A stretch of DNA of 64,000 nucleotides from Candidatus Parcubacteria bacterium (GTDB lineage Bacteria > Patescibacteriota > Minisyncoccia > Phycocordibacterales > UBA918), in assembly GCA_046050355.1 (NCBI GenBank), contig JBJOPW010000003.1, positions 11,922-75,921 of the forward strand, written 5' to 3'. Positions 57,106 to 64,000 of this stretch are shown here, piece by piece. A program made the translations under genes and the position numbers. Within the stretch, counting starts at the first letter, position 1, and each line of letters opens with the position of its first letter. Below the pieces are notes generated by a model. The model saw only the letters and a program-made list of their open reading frames with translations. It was not told the origin of the DNA and did not search any database.

Positions 57106-58110
57106 ATGACTGCACGTCTGTACCACCAACCAAGCCCGCTCTTACTCTTTCCAGTCTTCTTACTGCTGATTATTTTTTGTATACCAACTACCCACGGACA
57201 AACACCAACAGAAACACCCGACATCGCCACACCGGTGGTTTCTACACCAAACTTTCTACTCGATACACCCATTTTCACAAACGTTGAACAGTCTGCCGTG
57301 CTGTTGACGCCGACGTTTTCTGATAATAGTACCAACCTTGCCTTTTATCTTCGTTGCCCGCACACTCTGTGTGGGAATGAAGACCTGTCGGCATCACCGT
57401 ATTACCAATTTAGTGCCGAAAATATTGGTCGCGGTAGCCTCCCCTTTAGTGAGTACTGGGCGCCACCCACTGCCACCGACTATGCGGTAATTGAATATGC
57501 CAACGACAACCAGCAATTTAGTTGCTCGGGACTGACGTTTGAGGCCTGTCTTGCTGATACACATTTTGTGCAGGTATTTTATTTTGCTGTGGTTGACGAT
57601 AGTAGCACCATCACCCCCGAACTACGCGCCGAAAAAGAACGTCTCAACAATCCAAATCCGCTGAGTGCAGAGGCAGATACCGCAGCCGTCAGTGAAGAGC
57701 TGCGGTTACTCTCGATCAATCTCTCCTCTACTTCTATCAGTTCTGACCTCGATAACGGACTGATCGTGACCGCTTCACTCGATGGCATCCCAAGTGTCGT
57801 ACTCGCCTCTGATAGTACCAGTAGCACGGCAACAGCGACAGACAGTACTCCTGAAAGCAGTTCTCCGATCAAGGATTTTTTTGCTGATGTTGTTGAAACG
57901 GTAGTGGGATTATTTACCGAACCAGACACGCCTCCCCCACCAACTGAAACGGTCACACCTCCTGAGTCTGTCCCGCCACCAGTCACCCCAAGCGACCTTG
58001 AACCAACCACAACCAACGACACACCATCGCCATCTTTTCTCGATACGGTACAATCATTCATATCGACGGATGTAACCACCCCAGACGATGTCACGACTGC
58101 TTCATTCTAA
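57106..58110 (+). CDS. secreted S/T/P-rich hypothetical protein
   Basis: Signal peptide, Cys-containing middle domain, PPPP/Ser-Thr-rich C-terminal half. Confidence 0.45.
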   Translation: MTARLYHQPSPLLLFPVFLLLIIFCIPTTHGQTPTETPDIATPVVSTPNFLLDTPIFTNVEQSAVLLTPTFSDNSTNLAFYLRCPHTLCGNEDLSASPYYQFSAENIGRGSLPFSEYWAPPTATDYAVIEYANDNQQFSCSGLTFEACLADTHFVQVFYFAVVDDSSTITPELRAEKERLNNPNPLSAEADTAAVSEELRLLSINLSSTSISSDLDNGLIVTASLDGIPSVVLASDSTSSTATATDSTPESSSPIKDFFADVVETVVGLFTEPDTPPPPTETVTPPESVPPPVTPSDLEPTTTNDTPSPSFLDTVQSFISTDVTTPDDVTTASF

Positions 58111-59077
58111 AATTATCGCCGGCCTCCTCATCTGCGGCCTCATTATGCTTGTCACCCCGCAGACAAATGCCGGTACGCTTTCATGTTCGATTACCACTAA
58201 TGCCGCTTGTACCCAAACCAAGATTCTTCGTCTCTCAGATACCACCAACGCCCACGCTGAACTTCCAAGTCAATCAACTGCTGCTTATGATAACAATGTG
58301 GTCTGCTGCACGAACGTCATTGGTCTTGGCAACTCTTGCGCGGGCACCAATGCTATTGCGGTCAAACTATCCGCCACCACCAATGCCCACGCCGAACAAA
58401 ACACCGAAGCCAACTATGCTGGTAACAATGCCTGTATCTCGGTTCCAACTGGTGGCAGTGTGACCGTTGGTTACCAGGCGTCGAACTGCACCGGCTACGA
58501 CACCACTATCGGCTCAATCGAATCACTCACAAACTCCCACGTCGGTGATGCAGCAGCGTATACCACCAAAATCTGCGCGACCGCCTCGGGTGTGCCGCAG
58601 ACACTCGTCTTTAGTATCTCTGATAACAGTATTGGGTTTGGTTCACTCTCACCGGTCCAAACCAGGTACGCCACAGGAGATACCGTCGGTGCTACCAGTG
58701 ACAGTGCTGACGCACATACTATTTCTATCGCCAGTAACGCAACAGGAGGTTATAGTATGACGATTAGTGGACAGACCCTGACCTCTGGGGCTCATACTAT
58801 TACTGCCATCGGCGGAACGGCCGTTGCCCCTGCTGTAGGTAACGAGCAATTTGGTGTACGCTTGAGCGTTAACTCCGGCACTGGCTCAGCAGCTTCACCA
58901 TATAACGGCAGTAATTGGGCACTTGATACCGGTGCCTTCCCAGACACTATAGTGACCGGAAGTGGTGACTCGGTAACTACGGTGTATGGCGCCCGGTATA
59001 TGGTAAACACGGCCACACTCACCGAACCCGGCAACTACAACGCTGTTATCACATATACTGTTACGGCTACATTCTAA
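58088..59077 (+). CDS. secreted WxL-like surface protein (paralog of 54669-55736) with Cys-rich N-domain
   Basis: QTLVFSISDNSIGFGSLS, GNEQFGVRLSV, GNYNAVITYTVTATF blocks align with 54669-55736. N-half has two TTNAHAE repeats and 11 Cys. Confidence 0.5.
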   Translation: MSRLLHSKIIAGLLICGLIMLVTPQTNAGTLSCSITTNAACTQTKILRLSDTTNAHAELPSQSTAAYDNNVVCCTNVIGLGNSCAGTNAIAVKLSATTNAHAEQNTEANYAGNNACISVPTGGSVTVGYQASNCTGYDTTIGSIESLTNSHVGDAAAYTTKICATASGVPQTLVFSISDNSIGFGSLSPVQTRYATGDTVGATSDSADAHTISIASNATGGYSMTISGQTLTSGAHTITAIGGTAVAPAVGNEQFGVRLSVNSGTGSAASPYNGSNWALDTGAFPDTIVTGSGDSVTTVYGARYMVNTATLTEPGNYNAVITYTVTATF

Positions 59078-59083
59078 TCTTGA

Positions 59084-59329
59084 TTACAGACCCTGTTTGC
59101 GCGCGCCCCGACGATCATAAAAAGTCCAGAGGTAGTACTGCTCCACTTTCTCTCTAGCCCACGGTGTTTTACGCAAAAACGTCAAACTCGAATTGACACT
59201 CGGTTTATCGACGAAACACTTGATCTTGATTTTTTGCCCAAGCGCTGCCCAGCCGTAGTGCGCTGACAACTCTTCGACCTGTCGCTTGAGAGTAATACCG
59301 TGAAGCGGATTATTTGGTTGTATGGTCAT
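59084..59329 (-). CDS. DUF2132 (VF530-like) small protein
   Basis: NPLHGITL...HYGW..L...I.I.CF...[21 protein letters not shown] matches the DUF2132 signature. Confidence 0.55.
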   Translation of the reverse strand: MTIQPNNPLHGITLKRQVEELSAHYGWAALGQKIKIKCFVDKPSVNSSLTFLRKTPWAREKVEQYYLWTFYDRRGARKQGL

Positions 59330-59336
59330 TATATTG

Positions 59337-60425
59337 CTAGCTTCCTTGATCAAATCGTTCAAGACTTTGATTCAATTGCCGATTCACCCGCACAAACGTG
59401 GCTCGCTTGGCAAATTCTTTGAGCGTGGCTGCCCCAATGTACGTACCGGTACTCCGCAGTGCTCCAAACAAATCTTGCAAAAAGTCATAGATTGAACCCT
59501 TGAGGGGAATCAACGTGTAGCGTCCCTCACTCGCTCGATGGGTATCTTTTTTTCCGTATAGCTTCGTCATAGCGTGATTCGAAGACGAACCAAAATACTC
59601 CTTGTACTGCCTGCCATCTTTTTCGACTGTTTCACCAGCACTTTCAATAAAACCCGAAAACATTGATCCAAACATATTAAAGTCGGCGCCAGCCGCAAAC
59701 GCTTTAGCGACACAGGATGGATACTGCTGACCGCCATCGGCAATAATAAGTCCGCAGCCCTGCCCACTATTGAGGCCATGGGCTGCGTCTGCACACTCAA
59801 TCACTGCACTGAGCTGTGGGTATCCCACCCCGGTCATCCGCCGAGTCGTACAAGCACTGCCGGGACCAATACCAACTTTTACAATATCGGCACCCGATAA
59901 AATAATCTCTTCGGTCATTTCGTTGGTGACCACGTTCCCGGCGATAATGATATGTTTCGGAAACATTTTTCGAATCAGTTTTATCGTATCAGTAAAACGT
60001 TCAAGGTAGCCATTTGGTACATCAATACAGATGAAGGCAAAATTATCCATGAGCTTGGCTTTCTGCATCGCTTTAATCTGCACAATATCTTCATCTCGAA
60101 TCCCGATGGTGAACGCAATATAGGGTGCGATAGCGAGCAGTTCTTTTTTGGTCTTGAAGCTACCAAAAAACTGTTCAAAGTCTTTGACCGTGTAGTACTT
60201 ATGAAAAGTGGTAACGATTTTTTGCTGTGACAAGATGCGTGCCATTTCAAAGGTCCCGCAGGTTGCCATATTAGCAGTCATAATAGGTACACCAGTCCAG
60301 ACTTGTGGCGAGTGATAAAACTTGAACGTGCGTTCGAGAGAGACATCCTTCCGTGAGGTCAAGGTACTCCGTTTTGGGCGCAAGAGTACATCCTGATAAT
60401 CAAGCTTAATTTCTTCTTCAATACG
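59337..60425 (-). CDS. guaC: GMP reductase (IMPDH/GMPR family TIM-barrel without CBS insert)
   Basis: [14 protein letters not shown]-terminus, [12 protein letters not shown] active-site loop. 362 aa from [11 protein letters not shown]; the annotated longer start adds 45 aa. Confidence 0.8.
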   Translation of the reverse strand, partial: RIEEEIKLDYQDVLLRPKRSTLTSRKDVSLERTFKFYHSPQVWTGVPIMTANMATCGTFEMARILSQQKIVTTFHKYYTVKDFEQFFGSFKTKKELLAIAPYIAFTIGIRDEDIVQIKAMQKAKLMDNFAFICIDVPNGYLERFTDTIKLIRKMFPKHIIIAGNVVTNEMTEEIILSGADIVKVGIGPGSACTTRRMTGVGYPQLSAVIECADAAHGLNSGQGCGLIIADGGQQYPSCVAKAFAAGADFNMFGSMFSGFIESAGETVEKDGRQYKEYFGSSSNHAMTKLYGKKDTHRASEGRYTLIPLKGSIYDFLQDLFGALRSTGTYIGAATLKEFAKRATFVRVNRQLNQSLERFDQGS

Positions 60426-60471
60426 CATAATAATCTCAGTATACCAACTAATAGCCAACACCGCACGAAAC

Positions 60472-60756
60472 TCACTTCGGTTTTGAAAAGTACTTGGCAG
60501 CACCTGGCCTTCGGTGGGGACAGCCTGGCCAGCAGCAAGGGCGACGTTTCCCGCGTCCAAGGTCGAGGGTCAGGCGGCGTAAGTGGTCCGCACGCGTCTC
60601 GGCTTTTTTTACATACGTCACCCAACAGATCCACTCGTTGCGCGCCAGTGGCGTGAGACCATTCCAGATGTCTGGTATCCCTTTAGTACGAAGTAGCACC
60701 TGCCGCATATCAGTCGGTAGTCGGTGGTTTACCCCAGTAGCAAGAGTGGTTGTCAT
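60472..60756 (-). CDS. YdeI/OmpD-associated family small protein
   Basis: LARNEWICWVTYVKKAETRADHLRRL pattern. Confidence 0.4.
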   Translation of the reverse strand: MTTTLATGVNHRLPTDMRQVLLRTKGIPDIWNGLTPLARNEWICWVTYVKKAETRADHLRRLTLDLGRGKRRPCCWPGCPHRRPGAAKYFSKPK

Positions 60757-61015
60757 GCCTCTATTCTAGCGTATCTCTGAACAATAATGAAAAGGACCCT
60801 GAGCACGCATGCGCCCAGGGTCAGTTCTTTGCTCCTTGCCTCGTTCCGCTTGCTCACGGATGTACGCTTGCAAGCGTTCCACTGCTTCTGCTCGTGCCGC
60901 CTCCTGGTATTCGCTGTGTTTTGCCGCTTTGCACTGGTTCCGAGCTGTCTCCTGAGCATGTGTTCCTCCTTCTGACCAGAAAGACAACATATCATAATTT
61001 TAGAACCGTGCAATT

Positions 61016-61684
61016 TTATTGCATCAGCTTCAGACGGCGCCAAGCTAACAAACTGCATTCAAATAAAACCCACATCCCGATAATAAATAGAATTAACCGC
61101 ACATCAAGGAGCTGCAAGGCATCTTTACCGAGGGTATAGACAAGCACTCCCCAAAAGGTATTCCAAAGCAAGATTGCCAGTCCTGCCCGCACGACAAACC
61201 GATAAAGGCGCATCTGCACAATACCAGCGGCCGTCGAAGAAAACGCCGCCAGTCCAGGATTCCAAAACGTATAAAAAATGTACCGGGTATCGTGCCGTTC
61301 CAAATTTGCTTGTGCTTGTAGAATACTGCGCCGTAATCCAAACCGAAGGAAGAGCCGGTACCATCCATATTTGCCGAGTAGATAATTGATACTATAGCCA
61401 CCAGCCATACCAACACTCACGGCACAGACCGACCAAAACGCTGCCGTCGGATCTGGTGCCAATCCCACTCCCAAAAAGATAATGAGGCTACCCGGAAAGT
61501 ATAGTCCAATAAAAAGAAGTGATTCTAAGAACGAACCAAACAGCAGCACCCATAGCCCGTATTGGCTCAACCAACTTGAAACAATAGCGATCATTTCGGT
61601 CTCTGGCGGCAAATCAAACAGACGCCACAAGAGTGCGAGCCCAAGCACTAAACCAAACCAAAATAACGCTGACTTAATTCCCAT
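61016..61684 (-). CDS. DedA/VTT-family membrane protein
   Basis: Polytopic; YFPGSLIIFLGVG motif region typical of DedA (SNARE-associated). Confidence 0.6.
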   Translation of the reverse strand: MGIKSALFWFGLVLGLALLWRLFDLPPETEMIAIVSSWLSQYGLWVLLFGSFLESLLFIGLYFPGSLIIFLGVGLAPDPTAAFWSVCAVSVGMAGGYSINYLLGKYGWYRLFLRFGLRRSILQAQANLERHDTRYIFYTFWNPGLAAFSSTAAGIVQMRLYRFVVRAGLAILLWNTFWGVLVYTLGKDALQLLDVRLILFIIGMWVLFECSLLAWRRLKLMQ

Positions 61685-62229
61685 TACGATTGTTCGCCTT
61701 CAAGTGCTGCTTTGATAAGTGATTTGTTGAATGAGTTCGTCGTCTTTATTTGACTAAGTGCTTCTGCTTCAAACATCCCTACCGACACCTCAAGTTCGTA
61801 AGCTTGATTTAGTGCATCAAGCCGGGAAATCACTTCACGCATGTCATCTTGTGATGCTACATCTGTATCTAATTTAATATAAGCCTCACTTAACGCTAAC
61901 TCAGCAGCCGCTACGATTTCTAATTGGGATTTACCCTTTACACAAGTGAGCGTCGGTGTCTCCCATCCATACTCATAATTTTCGCAATCTAAAGAATCAG
62001 CCATCTCCTGTGTATTCTTGCTTTCCTTCAAATAATCATTCCCAACTTCCGCAAAAGAAACCATGTCTTCTTCTTTCATGTTTGTTACATACTCCGTAGC
62101 TTCTTCCTGTGTCATTCCTGTATCTTCAGAAAAATTGTTAATCACATCTTGTTGAGTAAATGTGTACGCAGTACCACCAATCAGTAGCGTAACCACCCCA
62201 CCAACAATAATGTTTTTGATGTTATCCAT
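61684..62229 (-). CDS. hypothetical secreted/membrane-anchored acidic protein
   Basis: 181 aa, N-terminal TM. Start overlaps the dedA stop. Confidence 0.4.
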   Translation of the reverse strand: MDNIKNIIVGGVVTLLIGGTAYTFTQQDVINNFSEDTGMTQEEATEYVTNMKEEDMVSFAEVGNDYLKESKNTQEMADSLDCENYEYGWETPTLTCVKGKSQLEIVAAAELALSEAYIKLDTDVASQDDMREVISRLDALNQAYELEVSVGMFEAEALSQIKTTNSFNKSLIKAALEGEQS

Positions 62230-62519
62230 ATGTATTAACTATGCCATATGAAATATATTTCGTACATCCCATATACCAAAACAACATCCTGCAGGATGCT
62301 GTTTTGGCTTCGGCGATTGGTTACTTCTTTGGCTGTACGGCAGCGGGCTGTGAAGCATCTTTACTCTGCGTATTGGGAGTTGGGGTCGTGGTTTCTACTT
62401 TTTTTTCATCTGCCATATGAGTTGTCTTATGAGCGATTAAACCGCGGTACTGTCAGTATACGCTACATCACACAAATAGATAGTCAAAACGTTAGTCGAG
62501 TCGGCAGAGCGTTCTTGCC

Positions 62520-62906
62520 TTATACCACCCGGACCAACTTCCCTTTTCGCTTTACGAGGTTTTTGTAGTCCCACTGTATCTCTTTAGCTTTTTTGAGCCA
62601 ACGCTTCACTTCCTTTTCACTCACCTGCCCGACCGTCGTGAACGTGATACTGGCATCCTTGAATTTGCCCGTACCTGGCATCAGTGCCGCTTCACCAAAA
62701 TCAGCACCGCTCCAAAACATCAGTCTGATACCACTTTTTAGTTTTGAATAGCCTACTACCGGATTGCCGTCAAGAAACCATACCGGGTGACGGTGCCAGA
62801 TTTTGCTTTCCGCTTTTTTGAGATGAGTTTCAATAATGCGGAGCAACTCGTCACAAATCACTCGTTCACTAGCAGCCTGCACTTGATTGTATTCGTGTAT
62901 TTCCAT
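62520..62906 (-). CDS. DUF1801 (YdhG-like) domain protein
   Basis: 128 aa; pattern W..K.K.GI.LMFW...DF consistent with DUF1801. Confidence 0.45.
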   Translation of the reverse strand: MEIHEYNQVQAASERVICDELLRIIETHLKKAESKIWHRHPVWFLDGNPVVGYSKLKSGIRLMFWSGADFGEAALMPGTGKFKDASITFTTVGQVSEKEVKRWLKKAKEIQWDYKNLVKRKGKLVRVV

Positions 62907-62911
62907 AACAA

Positions 62912-63286
62912 CTATTTAGCTCTCGTTCGAAGAATCTTTTCTATCGGCTTACCTTTCGCCGATTCATCAATAAGCTTATCAAGGTACCGTACCTCGCGCA
63001 TCAAGGGTTCTTGAATTGCTTCTACTCGCACCCCACAAATAACACCAGTAATCAATTTACGATTCAGATTTAGCTTTGCTTGCTTAAAAAATGTTTCAAA
63101 GTTTGTCCCTTTTTTTATATGCGACAGAATACTCCGCTTCGAGTAGCCGGTAAGCCACAAAATCACCGCATCAACTTCAGCTTCAGTCCGCCCTTTCTTT
63201 ACCGCCTTGGCCACATAGAGCGGATACACCACTCCAAACGACATGGTCGCTACTCGCTTCAAAGTTGCTGGCGATGTCGGTTTCAT
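62912..63286 (-). CDS. hypothetical conserved small protein
   Basis: 124-aa ORF 6 nt downstream of the previous gene. Confidence 0.4.
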   Translation of the reverse strand: MKPTSPATLKRVATMSFGVVYPLYVAKAVKKGRTEAEVDAVILWLTGYSKRSILSHIKKGTNFETFFKQAKLNLNRKLITGVICGVRVEAIQEPLMREVRYLDKLIDESAKGKPIEKILRTRAK

Positions 63287-63354
63287 ACTACTCTATGTTA
63301 CCACAAGTACAGGCAGTGTAACTGAATCAGTATGTACCGAGTTATAAGTAGTAT

Positions 63355-63654
63355 ATGAAATGGCATCCTTTTTTAAATGCATTGGCAGCAACTTTATACA
63401 TTACCGGCCTCGTTTCTTTTTTACAGTGGATTGAGACGTTTAAGGCCAACACCCCCGATACCCTCATCGATGGAGTCGGGGCTATTTCCCTCTTTACATT
63501 CTCCGGTTCAGTCATGGCTTTTCTCATTTTCTATCAACCACTCGTGCGCCTCATCGACAAAGACTATCGTGGCGGACTTAACTACTTTCTCGCCACCCTC
63601 GGCTACTTTGGTCTCACTACCGCCATCATTCTGACAACAGTATTGTGGCACTAG
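63355..63654 (+). CDS. small 3-TM membrane protein
   Basis: 99-aa hydrophobic ORF. Confidence 0.45.
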   Translation: MKWHPFLNALAATLYITGLVSFLQWIETFKANTPDTLIDGVGAISLFTFSGSVMAFLIFYQPLVRLIDKDYRGGLNYFLATLGYFGLTTAIILTTVLWH

Positions 63655-64000
63655 ACTAAACGCTCGTACCAAGATTTGTATTTTTTAACCATTGCCGGTA
63701 TACCCTTAGAAGAATCAGCGATTTTTTGTTTACCATGTACGAGAGTGATTGTGGTTGCTACCGTTTGAAGATTAGTCGGAACAGCTTTGCTGATCTGAGT
63801 ACTATACTTTTTGGCTTCGCGAATGATGTCTTTTGGCGTACGCGTTACCTCTGCAATGAGAGATGTAGCGCTTAAAGGCTTACCTGTCACTTTGCGTACG
63901 GCAGTCTTAAAATCATAACGGGCTCCCCAAGACCAAGCGGCTTTTAATTCTCGCCCAACTGCTTTGTTATCAACTATTGAACCGTACTTCTTTTTGAAAT
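63651..64000 (-). CDS. hypothetical protein, C-terminal part (5' end beyond the window)
   Basis: The minus-strand frame is open from position 64000 to the stop at 63651 (...KKKYGSIVDNKAVGRELKAAWSWGARYDFKTAVRKVTGKPLSA...SWYERLV). The annotated M at 63890 is a GTG inside the continuous frame. Confidence 0.45.
   Translation of the reverse strand, partial: FKKKYGSIVDNKAVGRELKAAWSWGARYDFKTAVRKVTGKPLSATSLIAEVTRTPKDIIREAKKYSTQISKAVPTNLQTVATTITLVHGKQKIADSSKGIPAMVKKYKSWYERLV

Noticed and set aside
56556-57335. Several overlapping ORFs on both strands within the Gly-rich gene (e.g. 56556-56840, 56854-57129, 56934-57287)
   Set aside because: Artefacts of GGN/GCN codon periodicity (Pro/Ala/Val-rich). 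The long plus-strand frame with a signal peptide is the coherent one.
1-64000. CRISPR arrays, rRNA genes, transposases/integrases
   Set aside because: No direct-repeat/spacer arrays, no rRNA-like conserved blocks, and no DDE or tyrosine-recombinase motifs were seen in any long ORF. Mobile-element evidence is limited to att-like tRNA fragments and AT-rich orphans.

Overview
This 64-kb chromosomal segment has compact, mostly short genes, roughly 90% coding density and standard Shine-Dalgarno usage. Housekeeping genes recognisable from motifs are gyrA (5' part on the minus strand, running off the window start), rpsA, pth, lepB, hisS, rpsU, ybeY, ftsA-ftsZ, trxB, bcp, an NrnA-like DHH phosphoesterase, tsaD, valS, prsW, hsp20, lepA, murJ, mgtE, an rlmB-like methyltransferase, mltG, a NUDIX hydrolase, an msrA-msrB fusion and a guaC-type GMP reductase. 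There are four tRNA genes: Glu-CUC, Val-GAC, Phe-GAA (minus strand) and Arg-CCU. Metal homeostasis is represented by a CsoR/RcnR-family repressor with a perfect operator palindrome over its own promoter, a P1B-4-type (SPC/HEGGT) heavy-metal ATPase, a Met-rich DUF305 protein, and a ZIP transporter divergent from a Fur-family (Zur-like) regulator with a 27-bp palindromic box. Accessory features are a MazF/Phd toxin-antitoxin pair lying beside inverted and direct copies of the tRNA-Phe 3' end; AT-rich orphan genes abutting three tRNA genes; a ~1-kb ORF-free, GC-rich, highly structured segment upstream of rpsA; and a structured ~390-nt region downstream of ftsZ. The most notable feature is a ~9-kb cluster (50.2-59.1 kb) of eight signal-peptide proteins that combines cohesin-like and dockerin modules with DUF916-like and WxL-like (CscA/CscB-type) surface proteins and a glycine-rich beta-solenoid-like protein. 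Gene content and short aaRS lengths fit a reduced-genome bacterium (Patescibacteria/CPR-like), but the lineage is an inference. All product calls come from motifs read in the ORF translations; no database search was run.
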